A stretch of DNA of 64,000 nt. Origin: Octopus sinensis (Eukaryota). Location: the NCBI RefSeq assembly GCF_006345805.1, contig NC_042999.1, positions 134,602,001-134,666,000 on the forward strand, given 5' to 3'. Below the pieces are notes generated by a model that was not told where the DNA came from, ran no database searches, and saw only the letters and a program-made list of their open reading frames with translations. Made by a program: the position numbers and the translations under genes. This document shows positions 1 through 13,281 of the stretch, in pieces (position 1 is the stretch's first letter; each line of letters begins with the position of its first letter).

Positions 1-158
1 GTGGCATTTCTTCCGATCTTTATGCCCTGCGTTTAATTGCCGCCGAGGTCGTCTCTGCCTTTCATCCTTTCGGGGTCGATAAAATAATTACCAGTATAAA
101 ATCGACTTATCTTCTCCCGAAATAAACTGCTGGCTTTGTGCCAAAAAATCTGAAGCCA
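1..158 (+). mobile_element. SINE family A, 5'-truncated copy
   Basis: Carries the family core gccgaggtcg..gcctttcatcctttcggggtcgataaa and the tail ctgctggctttgtgccaaaa shared with other copies; followed by (GTA)n. Confidence 0.8.
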
Positions 159-196
159 TTATTGTAGTAATAGTAGTAGTAGTAGTAGTAGTAGTA

Positions 197-395
197 GGGC
201 GCCGAGCTGGCAGATTCGTTAGCACGCCGAGCAAAATACTAAGCGACATTTCGTCGGATTTTACATTCTAAGTTGAAATTCCGCCGGGTTCGACTTTGCC
301 TTTCATCCTTTCGGGATCGATAAATTAAGTACCAGTTGAGCACTAAGGTAGATGTAATCGACTAACCTCTTTGTGCCTATAATAGAAAGGATTAT
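197..395 (+). mobile_element. tRNA-derived SINE family A
   Basis: Head gagctggcagattcgttagcacgccg, B-box-like aagttgaaattc, core gactttgcctttcatcctttcgggatcgataaattaagtaccagtt. Confidence 0.85.
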
Positions 396-402
396 ATTAT
401 CA

Positions 403-540
<138 letters not shown>

Positions 541-1026
541 CCAGTTAATTACTGGGGTCGTTTCAATCGACTATTCTTCCCTCCTTCAAAACTTGTGGTC
601 ATATGTCTATCGTAGAAATAACTGTTAGAGATGCTAATCTAAGATATGAAATAAAATAATATCTGATTGGCTGTCCGACATCGAAATGTGAGCAGAAAAA
701 AAGTGTAAAAATAAATAAAATAAAACTAGCAAACAACTACAGCAATAACAAAAGCAATAACAATAACAACAACAACAACAACAGCAACAACAACAATCTT
801 GTATTCAAAATGGGAATTAGATAAAGCTTTAGTGATAGAAATGTTTATGCTGTGTCTTGTTCAGACAATCGTTGTCGTGGTAGAGTAAGTGATTCATGAG
901 TATTGAATTTTCTGTATTTAGAACATGATCATTCATATATCCACTATGTGACGTGCAGGGAAATGGCAGAGGGATAGTAGTTATAAATTATAATTTCTAC
1001 TCTCTTTAGAAGAAAAGAAAAGAAAA

Positions 1027-1062
<36 letters not shown>

Positions 1063-2055
1063 GATAAAAATGTCTTCGAAATGATCTTTGATACCAGCCA
1101 TGAAAAACGCTTATTATTTCAGTGGAATTTGACTGTGGTTCTTTCTAATCTTCCCTGACACTTCCAGTAAAATCGTCTGCTGCTAGCGTTGTGAATTAAT
1201 TCAAACACTTTCATATCGTCTGCCTAACTTTGGTTGCGAAGTTGCGAATTAATTCAAAGAGAAAGTGAGGTCGCACGCCAACGCACATATCTGGCAGCCA
1301 TAATAGTAAGACAGAATCGCGCTGTGAGCTTTTACAACCGAATGGAAACATATATCCTGTAGCCTTTCACCCCTCTGACAAATCGGCTTTATGCAATCAT
1401 ATTAGCCATTATTTCAAAAGACCTGGAATAAGGACAGGGTCGCAAATAAATGCCAAATTCACACGATCCGCTGCCGACAGATGAATAAATAGGTTGTGTT
1501 AGCGTCATAAGAAGTAAAAAGAATAATTTCTTTTGACACGTCCTAATGTCAGAATTCTGTCATCAAAAGCAATGTTCTCAGCGCCGAATATTCGCCAAAA
1601 CTCGTTTGTCTTTCTTCTGCCACTTATTTATGTTGTGTTTAGACTTGATTGATTTAATCTTCTCGTTGATCCCGAGATCCTGGAAATCAATCATCAAAAC
1701 ACATTGAAGGATAATGCGTCCATGCACACACATGTAATTTATATATGCACACGCACACACACACACACACACACATCATTGACGGACACGCGCATGCGCA
1801 GACTGACACAGATACATATGTATGCGTATGTATGCACACGTGTATAACTTACAACCCTGCCGTATGTTTATATATATGCATGTATTTCTGTAAATTTATC
1901 CATAGTACTTATAAGTACAAGCTACACACACACAAGCACGCACGCACACACACACATACACATTCATGCATGCATCATAGATGCACACATACACATATCA
2001 ACGTATATATATATGAATATCTATATGTATGTATTTGTATGTATGTATGTTTATT

Positions 2056-2156
<101 letters not shown>

Positions 2157-2701
2157 TGAGGGTGTGTGTGCGTGTAAACCCGCAGAACTTCTGAAGTTCG
2201 TAACTGATTTTCTCCAAACTGGGAACATACATTACATATGTTCCAGAAACAGTTTTAGATTCTTAAAATATTACACATTATGAGTAATGGGGCCCCTGGG
2301 GGCAGAAAGCCCCCTTTCCTGTTGTACATTTGACTGCCCGCATGGTCCACACATTACCTCTGTTCAAACTGGAAAAAACAGCTACTGAAATCATATATAC
2401 AGGTTGTATTACATGGATGAATTGATGTAGACGCTAAACTGCGTTGTCTAAGTAGTACCAATAATAACCTGTTCCCGTAATGCCATAGATAGCAATTTGT
2501 TGGAATAAAAACCGTTTGGAACGGAGTATGAAAAATATGCTAAAATATGTTAAATCCAACTATTTTCTTTTAGCTTCAGTATGAAAGCTTTCCTTCTAAG
2601 CATAGATAAAGCCCATACAAATATTGATTACAAACCGAAATATCGCATGTACATTAACCTACTAATTTATGGTGTCTAAGACCCAACCACGTTAGTTAAA
2701 A

Positions 2702-3010
2702 ACCGTGTCCTTAATGTAATATTGCATGTCCGGACGCTGCATGCAGAACTGTTTTCGTTTGGGAGTTGTTCCTCACAATGGTTGCATGATGTTTGCGCGA
2801 AGGAGTGCACGGTTGAGCCACGACTATTAATTCCCAACCATGTCAGCAACCCAATGTCACGTGACGCAACCACATTTTTTTTAGAGACCGTGTCTTTAAT
2901 GTGACCTTGCGTGCTCGGATGCTGCATGCAGAATTGTTTTCGTTTGTGAGCTGAGTTGTTCTCACAATGGTCGCACGCTGTTTACGCGAAGGAGCCAAGA
3001 CTATTGATTC
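2702..3010. repeat. Diverged direct repeat, two copies about 185 bp apart
   Basis: accgtgtccttaatgt..gctgcatgcagaactgttttcgtttg..tcacaatggt..cgcgaaggag near 2703-2805 recurs near 2888-2995. Confidence 0.8.
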
Positions 3011-3344
3011 CAAATCGAAATATCTCATGACAGTGTTGTTTTCAAGCGCTTCTTTATCCCACCCCACCCGGCCTTTACCACGTCATTTCTTTCATGTAGA
3101 TTTCTCTCGCGTGGTGCTGTTGAGCGCGCCCAGAAGCTTAATTTATCACATAGATGTATGTATGTATTTGGTTTGGCGCAAAATAATTGTTTTTATGCTA
3201 TTCTAAAATGTGCTTATTTTAGAAAATATTTTTATTTAACTCATGTTCATGGAATAGACATTATTGAAGTGCAAATTTTGGTCTGTTGATTTATGCCAAC
3301 ATTTTTGCTTTCTCCATTTATTCTTTATTTCAGGCCATTAGATT

Positions 3345-3720
3345 AAAGGAGGATAGTTTTATTCGAATGATTTTATTCTTTGAATTCGAAATAAAATGCA
3401 AAGCAGCAGAAACTGCTCATAACGTCAACCAATAAATCTTCAGTTCTATCTTGGGTTAAGGAATTTTGTAGCAGAGATGGCAGCCTTGAAGATAAGGAAG
3501 GTCACTGACAACAACCAAATGAGACCATTTTTGAAGCAAGACAAGTCCAGAGGTTGCAAATGAACAAAATTTTAACCATTCAATTGTTGTTTGGAATTTT
3601 ATGTACGAAAGTTTAAATGGCCGTTTCGATCTTTTATTCAATAAAAAATGATTCCGTTTCTTGATTGCATTGTGGCATGTGACAGAAAATAGGCTCTTTA
3701 CAATATCGTAGGGTATCGTT
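3345..3720 (+). pseudogene. Mariner transposase relic with internal deletions
   Basis: Fragments translate as IRMILFFEFEIKCKAAETAHNVN, FCSRDGSLEDKEG, DNNQMR and FLDCIVACDRK. These match the mariner HTH region and the first catalytic Asp motif (IVTCDEKW); stops and frameshifts present. Confidence 0.8.
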
Positions 3721-5689
3721 GGTTAATCCGGCAAAGTGGCTTCTACCTTCTGATTGTTTCGTTCATTTTGTTTCGACTCCTTTTACTCCTTTTTTCTTAA
3801 CTCTCCATTAGCTACCAATTACTATCATCTTCAGTGTCGTAACAAACAAATATTTGTTTCATTAGGATGTTTGAAAACATCCTTCTCATGGAGTGTCTTC
3901 GTCTACTTAACCATTTCATATCGTTGTAAAGCACAGCTTTAGAGATCCGCTATATGAACTAGGTGCCTCGTCCAACGCAACGCAACAGCTATTCCAACAA
4001 ATCAGACTCAACAATAGGCATATTCGCGCGCCGCAGAACCACTTCGTTAAATATGTCCTATCAAAAAATGTTTATTTTTTGATAGGCGGCATGACTGGCA
4101 ACTTATCAGCTTTTTAATGTGCTAACGATGGCCTGTTGATCGCGACAGAATACAGCAGATAGAAAAGTACGATAGTAAACTTGATATTTTGTTGATAGTT
4201 TTGTGTCTCGTTGTTTCCACAGTAAATCTTGAGTTCCTGGAAGCGATTGCAGCAATCTAGATGCGGCGAGCCGTCTTCACGTGCAGGCTGTTTTTATGAG
4301 AAATCACACTACCTAAATATGTAAACTTTTTACCACAGAGGCCAGGACTGTCAAAAGTTATATTCCCGGACCTCCAGGTTCAGAATAATACAAAGTTTTA
4401 GTTTTTTTGCTATAAAATGTAACTTAAAATCACTTATGTTCAATTGTCTTCATGAGGCCTAGAACATATCCTATAATTGTGATAATTTATACAGTTCCAC
4501 CAGAACATAAATCTTTCCCATTTATGATATTGCATAGTGCTTTTATGACACCGCTGTTGCGATTAAAGTGACGCAATATAAATGTATGCAAAATGAATTA
4601 AAATGTTGATATTTTTCAAGTTTTAGAGTAGCATATTCGATCAAGAAAATGTACTTCATCGCAAGAAGTATCTAACTGTGACGAGAACGTTTATTAATAG
4701 TATTTAAGGTTTCGGAAAATCTATACGAATAGAGCGTTTTGGAAAACATGCTATTCATAATTTTGTTATATACAAATAACAATAATAAAACAAAGTAAGC
4801 AATAATTTTCTGTATTTCTTTTTTAAATTTTATAATTTAAAACAAGTATTTAAAGAAAAAACTTTCCATGCGAGGTGAGCTAGTAATTTTTATTCCATTT
4901 GATCTCCAGTGCATCAAGAAATCAAAAGGATTGCGAACCACCGGATCAATTCAATTAGAGCTAATTGCATGTTGATGAAATTATGTCAATCACTAGAAAG
5001 ATTATAAGAATTAAGGAAAAAAAATGTCACTGAAAAAAAAATTTTGACAGAAAAACTTCAATAAATGAGTGATTTAATGATTTTTTTTATTGTTGTTTCA
5101 TATTTTATTTAGGGTCAATAAAACGTGTAATGATTTTACATAAATTATGCTGTCATTTGGTAGAAGTCATGTATTGTCAGTTAATAACCGACTTAAAACA
5201 TTATTTAATTATTTTAACTTTTATTTGCGATATTTAAATCAAATGCGACATTTTTCCTAGCTAAAATTGTGGCTTTTTAAAAAATATTTTACCTAAATTC
5301 ATTTTTATACTTTATTGAAATATAGATATTGTGATTGTTTTTGGGCTAGATTGCACATGCTTACGTTTCAGTTAATTATAGACTATAGCTTATTATCATT
5401 TTTACCTAAAACATAAAACTAAATATTTGTTACGTTTTTGTCCCCACAAGATCACAGATAGAACTTGCTTTTTATATTGTGTCCACGTACAAGCTTTTTA
5501 TCTCTCTATACTTTTTATATATACTTCTTATATATTTTTTACTTATGTTTTACATATTTATAGAGATATATTTTTATATTTTTATTGCTTTATATATTTT
5601 TACACATTTTTTCTGTATTTTACCGTTCACTCTGCATTTTTCTTGTGCATGTGTGTATATAGACGTGTATATGAACTTATCGTGCGTGC

Positions 5690-6105
5690 ATGTGTGTGTG
5701 TGTGTGTGCGGGTATGTATATATGTACATGTATATGTACATGTATATGTTTTCAAATATACGTGGGTATACATGCGAGTGCTCCACGCGAGTGTGAGTGA
5801 GAATATGCATATATAGCGTGTACGTATTTTGGACGTGCATTTGAATATAACTGTGCGCGTAAGGGTATGTCCACGTGTGTGTGTGTATGTGTGTGTGCTG
5901 GCGCGCGCGCGCGTGTGAACGGATATATATGTGTACATCGTGCGTGTTGTCGCGCGTGTGTGCGGGTATGTGTATATGTACATGTATATGGTTGCATATA
6001 TATGTGGGTGTACATGCATGTGTTCCACATGAGTGTGAGTGAGCATATAGCATGTGCGTATTTCTAGACGTGTATTTGAATATAACTGTGCGCGTATGGA
6101 TATCT

Positions 6106-6143
<38 letters not shown>

Positions 6144-6320
6144 CCGTGTGCGTGGATATGTATACATGTACATGTATGGTTGCATATATATGTGCATCTA
6201 TTGGCGTATATGTGGGTACGCATGTGTATGTTTCATGCGAGTGTAAGTGAGCATATACATATAGGCACATGTTCGTGGGTGTGCGTGCGCGCAGGTGTGG
6301 GTATGTACATGTGCGCATAC
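5690..6320. repeat. Composite (GT/TA/GC) tandem repeat, about 210-240 bp unit, about 3 copies
   Basis: tttgaatataactgtgcgcgta recurs near 5840 and 6076; gagtgt(g/a)agtgag recurs near 5789, 6031 and 6239. Confidence 0.75.
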
Positions 6321-6413
6321 GCGATTGCTATGAGCATTTTTGCTCCTTTACTCTTTACTTCCTCCCCTTCGGTTTTTCCCTTATTTAACGGTCATTTCCA
6401 TAGCACATTTTGA

Positions 6414-6488
6414 TTGCCTCGATAACTGAAGAGATGCCGGTGCAGGTTTCCGCCCCGACATCCGAAACTCGGAGTTTTATTATGGCAA
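6414..6488 (+). ncRNA. Type I hammerhead ribozyme motif
   Basis: Core CTGAAGA 6426-6432 and GAAAC 6464-6468. Stem II gatgccggtgc/gccccgacatc (imperfect, one extra C at the base). Stem III actc/gagt. GUU triplet 6474-6476. Stem I ttgcc-tc-gataa / ttatt-at-ggcaa. Confidence 0.75.
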
Positions 6489-6509
6489 CCGAATAATTGT
6501 CACATATTA

Positions 6510-6593
6510 CATATACATACATACATACAAACATACATACATACAAACATACATACATACATACATACATACATACATACATACATACATACA

Positions 6594-6625
<32 letters not shown>

Positions 6626-6630
6626 CATAC
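6510..6630. repeat. (TACA)n microsatellite
   Basis: Direct reading. Confidence 0.95.
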
Positions 6631-7140
6631 TTATACATCGTTGCTATTATGCAGAAGTGTCGTAAGTCAAAAACGTTGCTTTTTCACAAAACGAAAAATA
6701 GTTTCACCATTCCATAGCCAAACCGCTGTACTACACTTTGACAATTTTTGATACCTTGGCATCTGATGCAGCTGAAGATACGATAGTTTGACCAAAAGAA
6801 GTGGCAATTGCAAGCAAAAATAAATATTAGAAAAAACGCATTTGGCCAAATATGGACATACGGCAGTTTAACATAATAGCAAATATATATACATACATGT
6901 GTGTGTGTGTTACAGTATATAAGCTATCGCCGAACGTAGTCAGCACCGTGATATAGGTTTGCTCTAGGAGAAGATGACTTTGGTTATAGGTTTCTTTGAT
7001 TAGAATTGGCCTGAGCTGAACAACAACAATTTCTATAGCAGTGAATCTCAATATGAGTGCTTGAATAAAGAGTGGAGGCAGTATGATTTTGTAGATGCAT
7101 TTGTACAGCTTTTTAGGTCTTTGACTTCTATTTAAATATT

Positions 7141-7359
7141 TCTTTCTTTATTGCCCACAGGACGGGACAAACAAGGACAGACAAAGGGATTAAGTCGATT
7201 ACGTCGACCCCAGTGCGTAACTGATACTTATTTAATCAATCCGAAAGGATAAAAGGCAAAGTCGACCTCGGTGGAATTTGAACTCAGAACGTAACAGCAG
7301 ACGAAATGCAACTAAGCATTTCGCCCGGCGTGCTGTCATTTCTGCCAGCTCGCTGCCTT
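7141..7359 (-). mobile_element. SINE family A, near full length
   Basis: Reverse complement reads ggcagcgagctggcagaaatgacagcacgccgggcgaaatgcttag..gagttcaaattccaccgaggtcgactttgcc..gtgggcaataaagaaagaaa. Confidence 0.9.
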
Positions 7360-7527
7360 CTGTTTAAATATTAACTTTAAAAAGAATTATGTAATACGTA
7401 TTATCATAATCTTCTACAATAACAACAACGCCAGTAACAATAACAACGATAATTTCAACTTCGAAATGTGAATAAGTAAATAAGCAAAGCCATCTACACC
7501 ATCTATGCTTATAGTATTTGTTTACAG

Positions 7528-7819
7528 TAGCGGTTCTTAACCTGGGGTGAGGGGCCGTTTGGGCTTTCTTGGGGGTGGAGTCACGGAGGGTTTGGGAGAA
7601 AGTAATTTATTTTATGCATTTGAGGCATTGCATTGCAGTTGTATTGCAGAGTCATGGATTGCAACTGCTGGCGATATCATGACTGTATGTGCTTTGCTCT
7701 TGCTCTGTGACTCCCATGGCGCTTTGCGTTCCAAGACCATTACAAAATTTATTATAGGGGTCACGGCAATACCCTGGAGCGTCTTAGGGGGTAAGATGTG
7801 AAAAATTATAGAACCACTG
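7528..7819. mobile_element. hAT-like MITE
   Basis: Termini tagcggttct / agaaccactg (hAT-type CAGTGGTTCT). 8-bp flanking duplication gtttacag (7520-7527) / ttttacag (7820-7827). Confidence 0.7.
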
Positions 7820-8891
7820 TTTTACAGTAACGTCATGTTATAGCAAGTAGTCACCCGTGTCAAACTAGTTCCATGAACTAAATCATTCGCACATTATAAA
7901 TGGGCGGACGTTGACTCATAGCAAAACATGTTAGTAAAAAATGCAATAGTTAAAAAAAAAATCAGTTTTTAGAAGCACGGAACTGATAGAACCAACACCG
8001 ATAGCAACAGCGATAATAATAATAATAACAACAGAAACAACAAATTTGCCTTTGTAATTGTTATTGACAAATTTGTCTTTTACATGAAAAAAAAAAGTAA
8101 GAGACAGACTGGAACCAGAGACACGTGGAATCTCATATTATTGTTGAACAAGAAAGATTTTCATGCATATGTTTAATAAATTTATTTATCCCACCAGCAC
8201 GGCTTTTATTAATAATTAAAGTTGGATTTAATTAATTACCTATGTATAATCGCAACAAAATATAGTAAGTTATATTCTTTCTCCGCCTGTTTCACGGTTT
8301 GTTGGTTTTTTCCGAACTACGGCACCTACATCACTGAACAACCGATAAAGTATTTGTGTTTTGACCTCCCGGCAGCAAACCACCTTTCTCATAGACGCCA
8401 AAAAGTCTTGCGACTGCACTGTAAATGTAATTGGAACAAAGAATTTAATCTTCAGTGCTTCTTCCTTTTCCTAATCTTCTTCTTCATCTCCCTCCTCCAT
8501 GAAAGTGTAATCCCCAGGCACTGACCGACATTATTTGCCTATCTTTCCGTCTCTGTCATCATCTCTTCCTCTTGTAAAGCCATTTAATTTGAAGACAGAT
8601 TTTACAGTCGGAAAGATCGCCGAACACAGTTTAAATGACACCGCTGACAGAAACTATCTGCTGTTAGAATATCGTTTATATCCTTTCTTCCAAATAAATA
8701 CCCAGATATTCAACGTTATATTGCGTTCTATTAAGAGAGGACACGGTGCGAGAGAGTTGCATTAATTTATAACAAACGTGTAATCTATGTTTTCTAATTT
8801 CTGTATTTCTGTCAGTATATCTATCTACCACTGTCTCTGTCCATATACTTCACATACGCCTATTTATAAACACACACACACATGAAAAATA

Positions 8892-8930
<39 letters not shown>

Positions 8931-9064
8931 ATGTTCTTTCACTAGTAAGTACTCTTTTCCCCTACCTCTTGTTTGAATGTGTGTATATGTGTGTGCGTGT
9001 GCGAGTAGTGTGTGTATGTGTGTGTTTGTTTGTTTGTTTGTGTGTGTGTGTGTGTGCGTTGGTA

Positions 9065-9195
9065 CATTGGTAAAAACGTTAGAGGGTTGGACGAAATGCT
9101 GTGAAGAATTTGTTGCGGATCTCTAAGTTCGTAATTCAAATTGTGCTAGAGTCAACTTTGACTGTCATCTTTCCGGAGTATATAAAATAAAGTCT
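9065..9195 (+). mobile_element. Degenerate SINE family A fragment
   Basis: cgttag..ggacgaaatgct..aattcaaatt..gtcaactttgactgtcatctttccggagt resembles the family A head and core. Confidence 0.6.
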
Positions 9196-9297
9196 AAACC
9201 CAGGATTGCAAACGTGGTTTGCTCCTGATGGTTAGTTACAGTAGGGTAAGCAATCCCGTCCAGATTGGAAGTTTTAAATTTGAATCAAAGCGACGGC

Positions 9298-9417
9298 AGA
9301 ATACGTACTTAGGCTTACAAAGAATAAGTCCTGAGATCAATTTGCTCGACTAATGGCGGTGCTCCAGCATGGCCGCAGTCAAATGACTGAAACAGGTAAA
9401 AGAAATAAAAGAAAAAA
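9298..9417 (+). mobile_element. SINE family B, 3' tail only
   Basis: aggcttacaaagaataagtcctg..ggcggtgctccagcatggccgcagtcaaatgactgaaacaggtaaaag. Confidence 0.85.
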
Positions 9418-9460
9418 GTATAGATAGATAGATAGATAGATAGATAATTAGATAGATATT

Positions 9461-9676
9461 CTAGTTCTGATCAATAAGTATCCGGACTTTTGCATAGTAA
9501 CGAAGCTAAAGCACGCAGAGCGAAGCCACTTGGGAAAGATTGACCTTGAATTCTGCTGTGCATGCGCATTAAGTTTTAACGTTCTAACTCACCTCCAAGT
9601 GACCAAGTGGCTTTACACTGCGTACTTTAGCTTCGTTATTATGCCAACAGTCCGGATACTTATTGATCAGACCACG
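9461..9676. mobile_element. Tc1/mariner-type MITE with about 70-bp TIRs
   Basis: tctgatcaataagtatccggact..gaagctaaagcacgcag..agccacttgg is the inverted copy of ccaagtggct..ctgcgtactttagcttc..agtccggatacttattgatcaga. TA at the right flank; non-coding. Confidence 0.85.
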
Positions 9677-9801
9677 TATATATGTATATGCTTTGTGTAT
9701 TTTCCTGTGGCTGCAATAGCGTGGCAGTGTATATACACTGTAGCCATTTTTACGCTATTGCATCCACTGGAAAATACACAAAGCATGTATATATATTTAT
9801 A

Positions 9802-10213
9802 GGTGTAGGAGTGGCTGTGTGGTAAGTAGCTTGCTTACGAACTACATGGTTCCGAGTTCAGTCCTACTGCGCGGCACCTTGGTCAAGTGTCTTCTACTAT
9901 AGCCTCGGGCCTACCAAGGCCTTGTGAGTGGATTTGGTAGACGGAAACTGAAAGAATCCCGTCGTATATATGTATATGTATATATATATATATGTGTATG
10001 TGTGTGTATATGTTTGTGTCTGTGCTTGTCCCCCCCCCCAACATCGCTTGACAACCGATGCTGGTGTGTTTACGTCCCCGTAACTTAGCGGTCGGCAAAA
10101 GGGGTCGATAGAATAAGTACTAGGCTTACAAAGAATAAGTCCTGGGGTCGATGTACTCAATTAAAGGCGGTGCTCCAGCATGGCCACAGTCAAATGACTG
10201 AAACAAGTAAAAG

Positions 10214-10216
<3 letters not shown>
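9802..10216 (+). mobile_element. tRNA-derived SINE family B, full length
   Basis: A-box-like tggctgtgtggt, B-box-like gagttcagtcc, CORE-like accttggtcaagtgtcttct, internal (TA)/(TG) tract and family B tail. Confidence 0.9.
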
Positions 10217-10262
<46 letters not shown>

Positions 10263-10309
10263 GCGCGCACACACTCACACACAAATGTATGTGTGTGTGT
10301 GTGTATGTG

Positions 10310-10755
10310 TCTGTGTTTGTGTTTATTTCTCCATCGCTTGTTCCGTTATCTAATGGTTTGGCAAAAAACACCGATAGCGGCACCTTCGGTAAGTTATTTT
10401 ACCACAATATCCCCGGAAAACCAAAGCCTTGTAAATGGAAACTAAAAGACGTCTGTTGGTGTGTGTGTGTGTGTGTGTGTGGTGTGTGTGTGTGTGTGGT
10501 GTATGTGTGTGTGTGTGTGTGGTGTGTGTGTGTGTGGTGTGTTGTGTGTGCATGTGTGTGTGTGTGTGTGTGCTTGTGTGTGTGTTTACAACTTGTGTTG
10601 GCTTGTATAACGACTCTGCAAAATAACTGACAGAATAAGTACCATATTTTAAGAAATAATTACTGGAGTCCATTTCTTCAACAAAAAACCCCCAAAACCA
10701 TCAAGGCAGTGCCCCAGCATGGTCACAGTCCTATGACTGAAACAAATGAAAGACA
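10310..10755 (+). mobile_element. SINE family B, rearranged partial copies
   Basis: ccatcgcttg, accaaagccttgt..ggaaactaaaag and tail gcagtgccccagcatggtcacagtcctatgactgaaac. Confidence 0.7.
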
Positions 10756-11216
10756 AGCGGTAATAGATAAAATATGATGCTGGTAAGGAGAGCAGCCTAA
10801 ATGAAATAGTCAAGGTGTGGTGCTGTTAAGCGTGATTAGTTAGCAGCTGCCGTGTGACAAGTCATAAATTCATAGTTGATCCCCTTCCCAGCACCCATTT
10901 TACTTCTCACTACGATAGCCTTACACAGAAGCATTTCATGAGTGCCGCCTACAGCTGCGGCACGTCTTACAGGTCACGACAGTAAATAACTGTTCTAGGG
11001 AAAAAAGAATGTTATTCATGTCAACCTTAATGGTCTGCCCCAACATCGTCACTTCATACTTCCCGTTCTCTCTCTCCTCTCTCTCTAACTCCCTCTCTCT
11101 CCATCTCCCCCTCTCTCTCTCTCCATCACTCCTTCTCTCACTCACTCACTCTCGTTTTTCCTCTTTCTTTCTGTCACATACGCTCTTTGTCTCATACTCT
11201 GTATGTATATGTATAA

Positions 11217-11219
<3 letters not shown>

Positions 11220-11270
<51 letters not shown>
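11220..11270. repeat. (TCTA)n microsatellite
   Basis: Direct reading. Confidence 0.95.
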
Positions 11271-11995
11271 GCACATTCACAAAGACACTCGACACATACA
11301 TATGCATGCTTGTATGCTTATATATTCGTACATAAACACACACACACATGTATATACACACATATATACACACATCTGTCTCTCTCTCCCCTCTTTCTCC
11401 TTTACTCTTTCTCTCGATGCTCACACGTGACCATCGTCCATCTGTCTTTTCCTCACGTGATCATCTTTTTTTCCTTTCAGGGGTGTCCTAAGGACTGGAC
11501 GTATTCTACCGCTCTCTTCTATCCTTTCTCTTGTTAAAGAAAATATTTCTCCAGCGTTCGCTATTTTACCGTCGTTCTGGACTAACGACCCCCCATGTTT
11601 ATTTTCGTTCGGTTTACTTGTATTTCTCCACTGTCCTGTTTGTGTTCCAAATTTTGACCATCCATAAATCCCAAATTTTATTTTGGTACTTATGGGAGCA
11701 ACTGTCTTCGGAGACTCATATTGTCGTTCAATGCTCAAAATGAGGAGTAGATAGACAAGCGATAACTGATGAAGGGTCGTTCTTAATGTTACTTGTCCTG
11801 TTTTCCATTTGTTTCTCTCGTTGTTTTCGTATTTCATGTTGTTTACTATTGGTGACGTTCTATACCCATATATGTATGTGTAAATGTGTGTATGCCTTTG
11901 TGTGTGTGTGTGTGTGTGTGCATGCATATATATTATTTATATTATTATGTGACTGAACGCCACGCATCCATTTCCAAGTAAGTATATTTATCTAT

Positions 11996-12095
11996 NNNNN
12001 NNNNNNNNNNNNNNNNNNNNNNNNNNNNNNNNNNNNNNNNNNNNNNNNNNNNNNNNNNNNNNNNNNNNNNNNNNNNNNNNNNNNNNNNNNNNNNN
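11996..12095. other. Assembly gap (100 N)
   Basis: Run of exactly 100 N; true size unknown. Confidence 0.99.
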
Positions 12096-12349
12096 TGTGA
12101 TATAGCTGAATACCTCGGGACTAAGTGCGTAGAAGTCATGGGATTCGCATAATGAAAGAAGTGAACTTCGTTGTCTATATTCTGTGGCCAACGTTCAGTT
12201 CTGAGACGTGCTGATCACAGCTAGAATGTCTTTAATCATAAGAATAGTTCTGCTTTCATCATGTGTGAACAGAGCTACTCAGCAGAATAGATATCAAGGA
12301 GCGTGGTTACTACCCTGACTGAAAATAATACCAAAATACCAGCATTGGA

Positions 12350-13117
12350 GGTCGATAGAATAAGTACCATGCTTACTTTTCAAAAATCAGTATTGAGGTC
12401 GATTCATTCGACTATAAAATTCATGAAGGTGATGCCCCTGCATGGCCGCAGTCTAATGACTGAAACAAGTTTAAATATATATATATATATGCATATATAT
12501 GCATATATACACCGAGCATCTACGCAGATTTTACCTCTCAAGTTCACTCACAAGCTATTGGTTGAGTCGGAGAAGACACTTACCTAAGAGCTACACAATG
12601 AGATTGAACCCGAAAGCCGATGGTTGCATCGCGAGCTTCTTAGCCACATCGCCATGCCCGCGCATAAAAAGTACAAAATGAATAAAATACATAAATAAAT
12701 CACACACACACACAAGTGTGTGTATGTGTGTATTTATATGAAGCTTGCTTCCCAACCACATGGTTCCGGTTTCAGTCCCACTGCGTGACACCTTGGCCAA
12801 GTACCTTTTACTATAGACTCGGGCCGACCAAAGCCTTATGAGTAGGTTTGGTAGACGGAATCTGAAAGAAGCCCGTCGTATATAGATATGTGTGTGTGTG
12901 TCTGTGTGTAGTTATGTGCCTGTCTGTGTTTGTCCCCGGTGCCATCTCGTAACAACCAGTGTTGGTGTGTTTATATCTCCGTATCTTTAGCGGTTCGGCA
13001 AAAGTGACCGATAGAATAAGTACTAGGCTTTCAAAGAATAAGTTGTAGAGTCGATTTCTTCGACTAAAAACCCTTGGCTGCAGTCAAATGACTGAAACAA
13101 GTAAAAGAATAAAAGAA
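12350..13117. mobile_element. Cluster of SINE family B pieces (tail + near 12350-12470; head - near 12510-12660; near-complete + near 12740-13117)
   Basis: Matches to family B head (cttgcttcccaaccacatggttccgg..accttggccaag) and tail (cagtcaaatgactgaaacaagtaaaag). Confidence 0.8.
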
Positions 13118-13217
13118 CATATATATGTAACGCCTTTTATCAGTGGGGCTGACCTGGGGTTAAACAACAATCAGTTTATATATATAACCTTTCACTCTTA
13201 TAATTATGTGAACTGAC

Positions 13218-13281
13218 TTGTCTACGAGGCGTGGAGAGCCCAATAATCTAATGTCTTCTCCCGAGTCCTTAATTTCAGCCT
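13218..13281 (-). other. Candidate 64-bp exon
   Basis: Minus strand: long pyrimidine tract then ttctcaatcacag|AGGCTG...GACAA|gtcagt. No homology recognised. Confidence 0.2.

Noticed and set aside
7629-7649. ttgcattgcagttgtattgca resembles mature miR-33
   Set aside because: Three mismatches, no clean precursor hairpin, and it lies inside a hAT-like MITE.
11421-11927. 168-aa minus-strand ORF
   Set aside because: Starts in a (CA)n repeat, has no recognisable domain and no supporting splice signals on that strand.
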